Virus record (IMG/VR): IMGVR_UViG_3300010397_000004 | Location: 1-64,000 of that record | Strand: one strand, 5' to 3' | DNA: 64,000 nucleotides | From: a virus | Shown here: positions 1 to 9,473 of the stretch, in pieces | Layout of the letters: each line of letters begins with the position of its first letter | Numbering within the stretch: position 1 is the first letter of the stretch | The notes under the pieces: generated by a model | Told to the model about the DNA's origin: nothing | Databases searched by the model: none | What the model saw: only the letters and a program-made list of their open reading frames with translations | Program-made: the position numbers and the translations under genes

Positions 1-13
1 GACGGGCGACCGT

Positions 14-3000
14 GTGCGCGTGGTCCGGCCGGGCGTCTCGCTGCGCCGCGGTCCGGGCGATGATGTGCAGCTGTCGCGGGCGTTAGTGCGCAGCGTGCCG
101 ACGGCCCCGGCCCCGGCTTTGGCGGCACCCGCGTCACCCGCCGCCCCGCCGGCTGCGCAGGGGACATCCCGCGAGGTGGTCCGGGCTGACCTGGACGCCC
201 GCCTCGCGGCCTTGGGTCGAAGGGCGCCTGCCGATACAGAGCCGCTCGATCAGGCCGCATCATCCCTCGCCAGCGGGCGTTCCAAGCCGGACGTCGCCAA
301 ACAGCTCCGCCAGGATGCCAAGGGAGCACAGTCCAAAGAGGACGCCGACACGCTCCGGCTGCTGGCCAACGACCTCACCAGCCGCAAGGCCGACCTTCCT
401 CCATACATCAACGCCGACGGAACTATCGACCTGGTCAAACTCGGGCAGTCCGCGCCACACCCGGTCGACATCAGCAGGTGGCTGGTGGACCCGCCCCAGA
501 GTCACCTCGTTCATGACCAGACCCTCTTCCGAGATGCGCATCCCTTCCAGCGACAGTTCGCTGACGCAGTGTTGGGCTTGGCCGAAGGGTCCATGACCCG
601 TGCAGCCACGGTGAAGTCGTTGCGTGACTCCGCCGACCAAGCAGAGCGGACGCTGGCCCAAGTGCGTGCCGGCGACCACCCCATGAACCAGAACCCCCAT
701 CGGGCACGGATCGAGGTCAAGCCCTACCTCACCCAGGCACCGCCGGCCATCGCCGACATGCGCGCCCTCGCCGACGTCCTCGAACAGGCGAAGATCCCCG
801 CCCGCAAACGGCAGAGCACCCTCGGCGCGACCATGCTCGGCGAGGTCGTGCCGATCGACGAGTCCCGGTTCCGGCCAGTGACAACCACTACGGCCATTAG
901 CCACCGCGGGCAGCTGGTGCCGGAAACGTTCAGCCACCGTACGTCCGGCCGTGAGGTCGCATTCGGCACCGGCACCGGCCAACACCTCCGCCCGGGCCTC
1001 AACGGGGCCGAGAACCGGGCACTCGACCTTTACACCGTGGGCGTCGTCGCCGACGGACTAAACGGCTCGCTGCGGCGCGGACGCAATCTGCACGGCACGG
1101 TCCAGGTGAAGACTCACGGCTCCACGCACGATGTCGACCTGGACCAGGTCAAGGTCGACCTCGACGCGGCCATCGCGGCCAGCGAACTAACCCAGGACGC
1201 CGAACTGTGGCGCGGCACCACGGTCACGAAGGCCGACCTTGACCGACTCGTCCCCGGGGCGATCTACCACGACAACGGTTACCTCTCGACCTCGACCGAC
1301 GAAGAGAAGGCCCGCGGCATCATCGAATGGCGCCGCAGCCAGGGAATCCCGGCCGGCCGCAAGCCCGTGCTGTTCAAGATTCTGGCGCCCGCCGGCACCC
1401 ACGCCGCCCTTGGCCACGAGGCCGCCCGCGAGGCGCTGCTCGGACGCGGTCAAGACCTTCGGGTCGTGCGGGTGGATCACAGCGGCGAAACCCCCGTGGT
1501 GGTCATGGAGGCCATCGCTCCGCCGAAGACCGGCGCAGTCCGCGGCCAGCACCTGATCGACGACTTCGACTACGACGACCTCGTCAAGTACACGCCGGAG
1601 TCGCCCCGGATCGGGACGGTGGCATTCGTCGGCAGCATCGCCGGAGACGACCGTCGATCGGATGGCTGGCTCGCCGACATCCAACGGGAGCAAGGGTTCG
1701 ACGGCCACCCGCAGGTCGTGTCCCCGGCCGACATGGACGCGGCGGTCGCCGGCGGGGCCGTCGAACTGTGGCGCGGTATCCGGGACAACGACAAGGCGAA
1801 GATCTCCGCCACCGACCTGGCCGAGCAGTACCGATCCGGTGCCGTCGAGCCGAGCCCCGGAACATTCGGCTCAGGCACCTACTCCTCGTCCCGCCGTGCC
1901 GAGGCTGAAATGTACGCCGGCATGACGGGCCCGGGGGCCGGCGGTCACACCATGCTGAGGATTGCCCTACGCCGCGACGCTAGGGTCATCTCCTACGCAG
2001 ACCTGCTCAAGCTGCAACCCAAGTTCGCCGGTAGTGCCGGCGCCGAGAAGCTCAACCGAGACCAGGAGGCGGAACTCGCCGCCATCGACCCGGCCGACAC
2101 GGCCGCCGTCGACGCCGTCATCGCCAAGTACAGCAAGCTGCGCGCCAAGCAACCCAGCAAGAGCCGGGTCACAGCGGACATGGGCCGGCTGGCCGCGCTA
2201 CTGGGCTACGACGCCATCGTGGTGCCACCCGGGTACCGCGGCGGCAAGGGTTCCAACTCGGCGTCCGAGTACGTGATCCTCAACCGCACCGCCACCATGG
2301 TGGAGGAGGAGCCCACTGACCGGCCGGCCAAGGGCAAGCCCGCCCTCCGTGCCGCTACCGCCCGACTCGCGGACCGGCCCTACCCAGAGGGTGGACAAAC
2401 AACACCGGACATCCACGCCGAACTGACCCTGTCCGGGAGCCACGGCCTCAGCCCGACCGCCCTCGACAAGACCGCGCGGGCCCTGCGCTTCTACCGGTCC
2501 AGCACATACCGGAAGATCGCCGCCTACCTCCGCGGCGACGACGCCGCGGACACCACGCTGCAGATCCGCGAAGCGCCGGGTGCCGCACCCACGCGCGAGC
2601 CCATCGGTGAGCACGTCGCCTTCACCGACCAGCTGCTCGACCACGCACCGCTGTCCCGCCCCGTCGAGGTCTGGCGAGGCATCCAGGACCCGGCGAAGGT
2701 GTTCGGCCCGAACTGGCGCCCTGACGGCGATATGACCGGTGTCGAGTGGGCCGAGCACAGCTACTCCTCGACCAGCGCCGACCCATCAGTGGGGCAGATG
2801 TTCGGCAGCGGCGGTGTCCTCATGCGCCTGCATGTGCCCGCCGGCGTCGGCGCGGTCCAGCTGTCCGGCTGGGCCACCCGGCAACGCCACAACGATGAGG
2901 CCGAACTGCTGCTGCAGCGCGGACTGCAGATGCGGGTGATAGGTGACCACGTGGAGACCATCGGCTACGGTGTCGATGGCAAGCCCATTGACCGCCGCGT

Positions 3001-3034
3001 GCTCGAGGTCCAGGTGGAGGTGATCCCGGAATGA
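14..3034 (+). CDS. Head-associated (MuF/minor capsid-like) protein with three ADP-ribosyltransferase-like domains; probably 5'-truncated by the window
   Basis: Two R-STS-E (VIP2/Alt-type) motif sets: LWRG..YLSTS..REALL and VWRG..YSSTS..DEAELLL. A middle LWRG..FGSGTYSS..GYDAIVV..EYVILNR domain. Lies upstream of the capsid gene; frame is open to the window edge. Confidence 0.75.
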   Translation: MRVVRPGVSLRRGPGDDVQLSRALVRSVPTAPAPALAAPASPAAPPAAQGTSREVVRADLDARLAALGRRAPADTEPLDQAASSLASGRSKPDVAKQLRQDAKGAQSKEDADTLRLLANDLTSRKADLPPYINADGTIDLVKLGQSAPHPVDISRWLVDPPQSHLVHDQTLFRDAHPFQRQFADAVLGLAEGSMTRAATVKSLRDSADQAERTLAQVRAGDHPMNQNPHRARIEVKPYLTQAPPAIADMRALADVLEQAKIPARKRQSTLGATMLGEVVPIDESRFRPVTTTTAISHRGQLVPETFSHRTSGREVAFGTGTGQHLRPGLNGAENRALDLYTVGVVADGLNGSLRRGRNLHGTVQVKTHGSTHDVDLDQVKVDLDAAIAASELTQDAELWRGTTVTKADLDRLVPGAIYHDNGYLSTSTDEEKARGIIEWRRSQGIPAGRKPVLFKILAPAGTHAALGHEAAREALLGRGQDLRVVRVDHSGETPVVVMEAIAPPKTGAVRGQHLIDDFDYDDLVKYTPESPRIGTVAFVGSIAGDDRRSDGWLADIQREQGFDGHPQVVSPADMDAAVAGGAVELWRGIRDNDKAKISATDLAEQYRSGAVEPSPGTFGSGTYSSSRRAEAEMYAGMTGPGAGGHTMLRIALRRDARVISYADLLKLQPKFAGSAGAEKLNRDQEAELAAIDPADTAAVDAVIAKYSKLRAKQPSKSRVTADMGRLAALLGYDAIVVPPGYRGGKGSNSASEYVILNRTATMVEEEPTDRPAKGKPALRAATARLADRPYPEGGQTTPDIHAELTLSGSHGLSPTALDKTARALRFYRSSTYRKIAAYLRGDDAADTTLQIREAPGAAPTREPIGEHVAFTDQLLDHAPLSRPVEVWRGIQDPAKVFGPNWRPDGDMTGVEWAEHSYSSTSADPSVGQMFGSGGVLMRLHVPAGVGAVQLSGWATRQRHNDEAELLLQRGLQMRVIGDHVETIGYGVDGKPIDRRVLEVQVEVIPE

Positions 3035-3393
3035 CCAACCCTGCACGAAAGCGGCTCAACCTGGATTACCCGGTCGAAGCCACCGTCGCAGCACCGGTCC
3101 GGCCAACGCCCGAGGTGAGTCGGGCCGTCGCCGCTGTCAAGACCATCATGGAGCTGTCGCCCGGTCCGGTCCTCGACGAGCTCGTCGCCGCGGCGAACAC
3201 CGCGGATACGCCGGACGACCTCCCCGTGTGGGCCCGTAACGCACTCGGCGCAGCGCAGCGCCAGCGGCCGACCGAACAGCCCGCACCGAACCGCCCATCC
3301 GCGGCCCGGAGCGGCATAGCGGAGGCCGCCCAGCGGATGGGCGACGACTCCCAAGGCGGCATCACCATCACACCCCCGCCCCGGAGGCGGTGA
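3031..3393 (+). CDS. Hypothetical protein (candidate partner or immunity protein of the ART protein)
   Basis: ATGA overlap with the ART gene. Confidence 0.6.
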   Translation: MTNPARKRLNLDYPVEATVAAPVRPTPEVSRAVAAVKTIMELSPGPVLDELVAAANTADTPDDLPVWARNALGAAQRQRPTEQPAPNRPSAARSGIAEAAQRMGDDSQGGITITPPPRRR

Positions 3394-3593
3394 CCATGGC
3401 GGCGATCCTGAAGGAGTCCGCCCGGCAGGCAGCCATGGCCGCCGGCCGGTTCGCCGGACACCGCGACCGGCCGGTCACAGACTGTCCGTACAAAGTGGAC
3501 GGAACACCCGTCGAGCAGGCCCTCGCCGGGGCGTGGATGCGCGAATACCTCCGCGCCCGCCCCACCGACGCCAAGACCGTCGACTACACCTGA
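3390..3593 (+). CDS. Small Rmf/CrpP-like protein
   Basis: AAGRFAG..CPY..AW pattern resembles ribosome modulation factor; overlaps the previous gene. Confidence 0.5.
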   Translation: MTMAAILKESARQAAMAAGRFAGHRDRPVTDCPYKVDGTPVEQALAGAWMREYLRARPTDAKTVDYT

Positions 3594-3743
3594 CCTGATT
3601 CCCAGCACCACCCGGTAGCCCCGCACCGTCCGAGATGGACAGCGGGGCTTCACCATCTGCGCCACCAGCCCGCGATGGGCACCCAATCCCGCTCGTGATG
3701 AGCAACCCGCCCAGATACCCGCTCATCACCGAACGGAGCCACC

Positions 3744-4808
3744 GTGACCACACGTCTCACGGTGCCCGAGTGGCAGGTCGGCACGCCCGTCGACGCACCC
3801 ACCCCGGGCACCATCATCGGCGTCCGCGCCGACGGCACCGTCATCCGGCTGTTCGCCGGCGCTGACGCCACCACCATCATCGACAACTGGATCCCCATCG
3901 AGTACGACTCCGAGGTCGTGCAGCGGGTCCTCATGGACTCGGCCGTGGAGAAGTACGGCCGGCCCTACCCAATGCGGTCCGCGACCAAGGAAATCCCGCG
4001 GTCGGCCGGCATCACCGTGTCCGTCGGCACCACCTACAGCGACGACTCGTCGACCAACGACAAGGTCACCCTCACCGCCCGCCGGTTCGTTTCCCGGTTC
4101 CAGGTGGACGAGGACGACCTGGCCGACGCCAGCAGCCGCATGGACGTCATCGCCACGAAGGCCAACGACTGGGCCATCTCGTACGCGGACACGTTCGACA
4201 ACGCGTGCCTCGGCGTCAGCGCCGCGGAGAACGGCACGACCGCGCCGTTCACCAGCATGTACAAGGCGCTGCGGACGTCCGACTCCGGTGTCTCCTACAC
4301 CGCCGACGACAACTACCTCACCTGGGACGACGACCTGTACGCGACTATCGCGTCCAGCGTCTTCGACACCGGCAGCCTCTACGCCAAGCTGTCGGCCACG
4401 TTCAAGAAGGTCGAGACCGGCAAGTTCTGGTCGCTGGCCGACTCGCTGGTCATCGCGGCACCCGGCTGGCGGGACGCCCTTCGGCTGACCGTCGACGGGC
4501 AGGGCCGCCCGATCTTCATCTCGGGCACCGCCGGAACCCCGGACACCCTGTTCAACGTGCCGATCCAGTGGAGCCGCGGCTGCAAGGTGTCCGGCTCGCT
4601 GACCGGCAGCCCGACCGGTGCGGACCTCCTGTTCTTCTGCAACCGGATGTACCTCGCCAAGGGCGTCCGGTCCGGCCCGGAGACCCGCACCGATCTGCCC
4701 CGCGCGCAGGACGACTCCGACAACTACGCGGTCAAGTTCCGGTCGCGGCGCGGCTTCAAGCTGACGCACCCGAACGCGGCCGCCGTGCTGGAGCGCGTCA
4801 CCGACTAA
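3744..4808 (+). CDS. Major capsid protein (HK97 fold) with N-terminal leader
   Basis: 354 aa; DGQGRPIF..TLFNVPI motif; C-terminal RRGFKLTHPNAAAVL; followed by a terminator. Confidence 0.88.
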   Translation: MTTRLTVPEWQVGTPVDAPTPGTIIGVRADGTVIRLFAGADATTIIDNWIPIEYDSEVVQRVLMDSAVEKYGRPYPMRSATKEIPRSAGITVSVGTTYSDDSSTNDKVTLTARRFVSRFQVDEDDLADASSRMDVIATKANDWAISYADTFDNACLGVSAAENGTTAPFTSMYKALRTSDSGVSYTADDNYLTWDDDLYATIASSVFDTGSLYAKLSATFKKVETGKFWSLADSLVIAAPGWRDALRLTVDGQGRPIFISGTAGTPDTLFNVPIQWSRGCKVSGSLTGSPTGADLLFFCNRMYLAKGVRSGPETRTDLPRAQDDSDNYAVKFRSRRGFKLTHPNAAAVLERVTD

Positions 4809-4815
4809 CCACCAA

Positions 4816-4848
4816 CCTGGGGGACGCCGCGTGCCGGCGTCCCCCGGG
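4816..4848 (+). terminator. Hairpin terminator after capsid gene
   Basis: cctgggggacgccg / cggcgtcccccggg stem. Confidence 0.65.
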
Positions 4849-4872
4849 GACCGCTCCCCAAGGAAGTGCGAC

Positions 4873-5457
4873 GTGAGCTACGAGGGCATGCGCCACAAGG
4901 AACTGTTCGCCCTCGCAGGCGAGCGCGGCCTACCCACCTACGGCACCGCCCAGCAGATCAAGGCACGGCTCGAAAGGGTCGACGCCGAAACCGTTCCCCC
5001 GAAGGAGAACACCACGATGGTGAATGTCACTGCTGGCCCCGACACTGGCCAGGACAACGACAACCCGCCAGCCCCCGCGCCGCCGGCCGACCAGGCCCCC
5101 GCCCCGCAGGCGCCGCAGCTCGACCCGCGGGACCAGCAGATCCTCGAGCTGCAGGCCCAGCTGCTCCAGATGCAGGCGGCCGCAGCCGCGGCGCCCGGGG
5201 CCCGGCCCACTGGGGGCGACGTGGCCACACCCGACATGATTGCGGCCCGCCTCAACTCCGAGCAGGTGTTCCGCGCCGAGTTCCCCATGTACGAAGGCAT
5301 GGAACTCGGCGACGGTCTGCACGAGAAGTTCAAGCAGGACACCGCCCGGATGGCCGTCGAGGCCGGATACCGCACCCGCGGCGGGGCCCGCCGCGCCAGT
5401 TGGGGCACCAAGGACGGGCAGCGCACCGCCGTGTACGAGATCTACGCACGCAAGTGA
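4873..5457 (+). CDS. SAP-like domain protein
   Basis: YEGMRHKELFALAGERGLPTYGTAQQIKARL fits the SAP/HeH pattern; second in-frame RBS and ATG at 5017. Confidence 0.6.
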   Translation: MSYEGMRHKELFALAGERGLPTYGTAQQIKARLERVDAETVPPKENTTMVNVTAGPDTGQDNDNPPAPAPPADQAPAPQAPQLDPRDQQILELQAQLLQMQAAAAAAPGARPTGGDVATPDMIAARLNSEQVFRAEFPMYEGMELGDGLHEKFKQDTARMAVEAGYRTRGGARRASWGTKDGQRTAVYEIYARK

Positions 5458-5792
5458 CAGCCACGCGGCAAGACGTCGTCGTCGAGCAGGGTGTCACCTT
5501 CGAGTACACAGTGGACCTGTTCGACGCCGACGGGCAGCCGCGGACCGACCTTGGCGGCAAGACGGGAACCATGCAAATCCGTACCGAACAGAACGGCGCC
5601 TCTGCCCTGATCGCCACGGCCACCGTGACGGTCGACACCGTCAACTCCCAGGCCACCGCCACGATCGCCGACTCCGTCACGGCCAGCCTTGATTTCTCCG
5701 CCGGTTGGTACGACTTCGACATCAGCGGCGGTGGCCGCAGCGAGAGGGTCGCCGAAGGGCGCGCCACTTTCAGCCGAACCGTCAACGCCTAG
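5454..5792 (+). CDS. Virion beta-sandwich protein (BppU/LtfC-like)
   Basis: GTGA overlap; EQGVTF..DL..MQIR..GWYDFDI..G pattern. Confidence 0.6.
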   Translation: MTATRQDVVVEQGVTFEYTVDLFDADGQPRTDLGGKTGTMQIRTEQNGASALIATATVTVDTVNSQATATIADSVTASLDFSAGWYDFDISGGGRSERVAEGRATFSRTVNA

Positions 5793-5801
5793 GAGCATTC
5801 C

Positions 5802-6356
5802 GTGCGCAACACCGACCAACACCTGCACCTGGCCGACGGCGTCGGCACCGCAGCCGCAGCCACCGTCCACGACCCGGTGTGCTGGCGAGCCGACTGGCGC
5901 ATCGACAAGTACCGCGGCGACTCCCTGGCCGTGGCCGACCTGTACGACGTGGTCAAGTTCGGCAACAACCTCCTCATGTACGGAGGAGCCTCGGCGCTGT
6001 GGGAGCGGCTCATCGGCACCGGCGTCACCGCGTTCGACAACTCGAACGCCTACCTAGGCGTCGGGGACTCGAGTACGGCGGCAGCCGCCACACAGACCGA
6101 CCTGCAGGCGGCGTCGAACAAGCTCCGCAAGGCCATGGACGCCACGTACCCCGTCCACACCGACGGCACCGCGTCCGGGAACGCGTCCATTGTGTACAGG
6201 TCCACGTTCGGCAGCAGCGACGCCAATTTCGCGTGGGCCGAGTTCGCGCTGTTCAACGCCTCCTCGTCCGGTCGCATGCTGAACCGGAAGGTCGAGTCGC
6301 ACGGCACGAAGGCCACCGACTCGTGGGTGCTGTCGCTCACCCTCACCCTGTCCTGA
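5802..6356 (+). CDS. Virion structural protein
   Basis: VGDSSTAAAATQTDL..STFGSSDANFAWAEFALFNA..MLNRKV; typical head/tail-fibre-associated family. Confidence 0.65.
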   Translation: MRNTDQHLHLADGVGTAAAATVHDPVCWRADWRIDKYRGDSLAVADLYDVVKFGNNLLMYGGASALWERLIGTGVTAFDNSNAYLGVGDSSTAAAATQTDLQAASNKLRKAMDATYPVHTDGTASGNASIVYRSTFGSSDANFAWAEFALFNASSSGRMLNRKVESHGTKATDSWVLSLTLTLS

Positions 6357-6385
6357 TCGCCGCGCGGTAGAGACCGGAGGCGACT

Positions 6386-7354
6386 GTGGCCGACGAGTCT
6401 CTCTTCACCACCCAGCTACCGGATAGCGGGCTCACCGACGCGAGCGACGGCGGCAGCGGCCTCGAACGCGGCACCACCATGTACGCCACCGCTGCCGGCA
6501 ACATCAAGGGGATCCGCTGGTACTCCAGCATCACCGCACCACCGAACACCCCCACTCTTGAGTTGTACTCACCGATCTCGGACAGCGACGGCACCCGCCT
6601 CGCCACCAAGGCGTACACCGGCACCCACACCGGCGGGACGTGGCAGACGCAACTGTTCGACACCCCGGTCCACGTGGCCGCGAACCAGTACTTCGTCCCG
6701 GTCGTCTCCCAGGACACCCGGTACGTCGCGGCCGTCAACTTCTTCACCAGCGCCGGTCTCAGCCACGGCCACCTGGTCGCCATCCAGTCCGGCACCGACC
6801 CGCTCGGCGCCGGGTTCAACCAGGCCAACGGCAAGCTCGAGTTCGACGGCCCCGGCAAGTTCCCCGGCATCGACTCCGGCAACCAGGCGTCCTACCTCGT
6901 CGACGTCATCTTCGAAGCCGACCCGATCGAGGTCGACCTCGACACCACCGACTCGGCCGCGGTCGCCGAGGTCCTGGCGGCCGCCGTCACAGCGGCGGTC
7001 GCTGACTCCGCAACCCTGGCCGACACCACGGCCGCCGCGATCGCAGCGGCCACCAGCGACGCCGGCACGCTCGCGGACACGGCCTCCGCCATCGCCGCGG
7101 CCACCACCACCGACACCGGCGCCGTCGCCGACGCCCAGACCGTCACCGTGGCAGCCGCCGTGGCCGACTCGGGCGCCCTGGCCGAAACCACCGCCCTGTC
7201 CGCGACCGGATCCGCATCCGACGCGGCCAGCCTCACCGACGCCGTCGTGGTCGACATCCTCGGCCGCGCCGCCCCATCCGACGCCGCCCACTACAGCGGG
7301 CCGCAACGCGCCACCCACTACGCCGGACCGCAGACCGCTGTGAACGTGCAATGA
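6386..7354 (+). CDS. DUF4082-like domain protein with Ala/Thr/Asp-rich repeat stalk
   Basis: GxxxGIRWY..GTWQ..FDTPV..SYLVDVIF domain followed by repeated ADS/TDA-type units. Confidence 0.65.
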   Translation: MADESLFTTQLPDSGLTDASDGGSGLERGTTMYATAAGNIKGIRWYSSITAPPNTPTLELYSPISDSDGTRLATKAYTGTHTGGTWQTQLFDTPVHVAANQYFVPVVSQDTRYVAAVNFFTSAGLSHGHLVAIQSGTDPLGAGFNQANGKLEFDGPGKFPGIDSGNQASYLVDVIFEADPIEVDLDTTDSAAVAEVLAAAVTAAVADSATLADTTAAAIAAATSDAGTLADTASAIAAATTTDTGAVADAQTVTVAAAVADSGALAETTALSATGSASDAASLTDAVVVDILGRAAPSDAAHYSGPQRATHYAGPQTAVNVQ

Positions 7355-7367
7355 GAGGCGGGCCACG

Positions 7368-7805
7368 ATGACCGACTGGGCGACCGCCGAGCAGACCCTC
7401 AACCGGACCCGCATCCCCGTCACAGAGGACGACATTGCCTCGGCGCAGATGATCGTCGAGCTGTTCGCCAACACCACCACCGACGCGTCCGACGCCGGCC
7501 TCATCAGCAGCCGGAACCTGCGGCTCCTGTCGTTCGCCACCTCGTACCAGGCGGCGTGGATGACCGAGCACCCAGACGTGTTCACCTCCGTCGACGTGAC
7601 CTCGTTCAGCCAGGACGGCATGTCCGCCCAACAGGCCCACGCCAACGCCCACCTACTGGCACCGCTGGCGAAACGATGCATCGACCGGCTGTCCTGGGTG
7701 CTCGAACCGCTGCGCGGATACCGGCCCATGCGGAACTTCACCGACACGGCCAACCGCGACTCGGCCGTCCACGACGACGACGTTCCCTGGCTTCCGCTGC
7801 CGTGA
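7368..7805 (+). CDS. Head-to-tail adaptor
   Basis: Position and size; ATSYQAAWM..SFSQDG..LAPLA pattern. Confidence 0.6.
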   Translation: MTDWATAEQTLNRTRIPVTEDDIASAQMIVELFANTTTDASDAGLISSRNLRLLSFATSYQAAWMTEHPDVFTSVDVTSFSQDGMSAQQAHANAHLLAPLAKRCIDRLSWVLEPLRGYRPMRNFTDTANRDSAVHDDDVPWLPLP

Positions 7806-8131
7806 AAGCCCGGGCGAACACCACGGTGACGATCCTCCGCGGCGTGACCGTGGACTCGTTCGGCGACCAGGCCGACACCGCCCGCGTCGTCGCCAAGGAG
7901 GTGACCGCCAGCATCATCGAGCAGGGCAAGACCGTCACCACCGCTGTCGACGGATCCGTGCGGCAGGTCCGCAGGATTATCGGCCGGCTCCCTGCCGGCA
8001 CGGACATCCGGAGCACCGACCGGATCCGCGACGAACGGACCGGCCGGGTGTACCTCGTGGACTCCGACGTGGAACCCGAGAACGCGGTGCGGCGCAACGA
8101 CATTCGCCTCGACCTGCGTCGCGTGACATGA
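7802..8131 (+). CDS. Head closure / stopper protein
   Basis: GTGA overlap; DSFGD..DIRSTDRI..YLV pattern. Confidence 0.6.
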   Translation: MKARANTTVTILRGVTVDSFGDQADTARVVAKEVTASIIEQGKTVTTAVDGSVRQVRRIIGRLPAGTDIRSTDRIRDERTGRVYLVDSDVEPENAVRRNDIRLDLRRVT

Positions 8132-8144
8132 CGGGAGGCTGACC

Positions 8145-8537
8145 TTGCCCGGCTTCATCGTTGAGTCCCCGGTCTGGCGCCTCGAGCTGGAGGCCCACAC
8201 CCAGGAAGACCTCGAGCGCATCACCGACGACATCGCCGACGACGCCCGCCGGGCGTGCCCGCGTGACACGGACGAGCTCGCCGAGTCCATCACCACCGTG
8301 TACGAACCGGGGGTCGGCTACGTGTACGTCGGCACCGACCACTGGGCGCCGACCGAGTACGGCAGCGCCGACCACGAGATCACGCCGCGCCGGCCCGGTG
8401 GCGCCCTGCGCTTCTTCTGGCTGAAGGCCGGTCGGCTTGTGATCCTGTCCCGCGTCCACCACCCCGGTACCCCGGCCCAGCCGTTCATGCGCCCGGCCCT
8501 GTATCGGCGTCGCAAACCGCGCGGGGTGGTGGTGTGA
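8145..8537 (+). CDS. HK97 gp10-like neck/tail completion protein
   Basis: PRDTDELAESI..EYG..HPGTPAQPFMRPAL. Confidence 0.75.
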   Translation: MPGFIVESPVWRLELEAHTQEDLERITDDIADDARRACPRDTDELAESITTVYEPGVGYVYVGTDHWAPTEYGSADHEITPRRPGGALRFFWLKAGRLVILSRVHHPGTPAQPFMRPALYRRRKPRGVVV

Positions 8538-9019
8538 CCAACCATGCCAGTTCCGAGGTCGTTGCCGTTGCGTGGCTCCTCGGCGTGCCCGGCATCACCG
8601 CCGACGCCAACCACGTCGGGGTGACCCTCCCGGGCCGCGACCCAGCCACCGGGACCTGGCCGTGGGCCGACACCGGGTTCGTCCAACTCGTCACCGCCGT
8701 CGGCGGCACCCCTGGCATGTACGTCCCCGAACGGAACCCGGTCGTGCAACTCGACTTCTGGGCCGTCAACCTGGACTCGGGGCTGCCGCCCTGGGGCAAG
8801 GCCCGGCAGCTCGCCGAGCTCGTCGTCGCCGACACGTACAACACGGCCGGCAACCCCACCGCGGGCGCCCGCGACGTGTCCGCCCTGATGCCCGACGGGT
8901 ACGCGGGCGCCTACGTGCAGTCGGTGTACCCGCAGACCGAGCCGCGGCGGGTACCCAACGACTCCGGATCGTTCGCCCGGCTGACCATGGACCTCGAACT
9001 GGCCTGGGTTGAGCTATGA
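8534..9019 (+). CDS. Tail terminator protein
   Basis: Position; VGG..PVVQLDFWA motif. Confidence 0.6.
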   Translation: MTNHASSEVVAVAWLLGVPGITADANHVGVTLPGRDPATGTWPWADTGFVQLVTAVGGTPGMYVPERNPVVQLDFWAVNLDSGLPPWGKARQLAELVVADTYNTAGNPTAGARDVSALMPDGYAGAYVQSVYPQTEPRRVPNDSGSFARLTMDLELAWVEL

Positions 9020-9041
9020 CCGTCCACGTGGGAGGCACACC

Positions 9042-9221
9042 ATGGTGAAGAAGTCCGCCGTCGGAACAGGCCAACGATTCAAAGCCCTCACCCGAAAGCT
9101 CGCCAAGCGCGGCGCCCGCAACCCGCGCGCCCTCGCCGCCGCGATCGGCCGGCGAAAGTACGGCCGCGCCGGGATGGCGGCACTGTCGGCGGCCGGCCGG
9201 GCCCGCAGGGGCGGCAGGTAG
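9042..9221 (+). CDS. Small, very basic protein
   Basis: GGAGG RBS; 59 aa, K/R-rich, no acidic residues. Confidence 0.65.
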   Translation: MVKKSAVGTGQRFKALTRKLAKRGARNPRALAAAIGRRKYGRAGMAALSAAGRARRGGR

Positions 9222-9223
9222 CC

Positions 9224-9406
9224 ATGCCCGGGCGCCGCAGTCACGCCGGCCACACCGGGTTCAAGAGCAAGGCACAGTGGCGGTACTTCTTCGCCAACCC
9301 CCGGCTGCGCCGGTATGCGCACCAAAAGGCCCATGCCACCAAGGGCGGCCCCATCGTCCGCTACCGGCGGCTCCCGACCCGCAAGGGCGTCCGCCGCCGC
9401 ATCTGA
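9224..9406 (+). CDS. Small, very basic protein (FKSKAQWR motif)
   Basis: 60 aa, K/R-rich, no acidic residues. Confidence 0.65.
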   Translation: MPGRRSHAGHTGFKSKAQWRYFFANPRLRRYAHQKAHATKGGPIVRYRRLPTRKGVRRRI

Positions 9407-9473
9407 CTTCCGTTCCCCAAACGGCAACCAACCACGGCCTCCTCGGCCACTCGCCTGAAGGGGGCGATCACGC

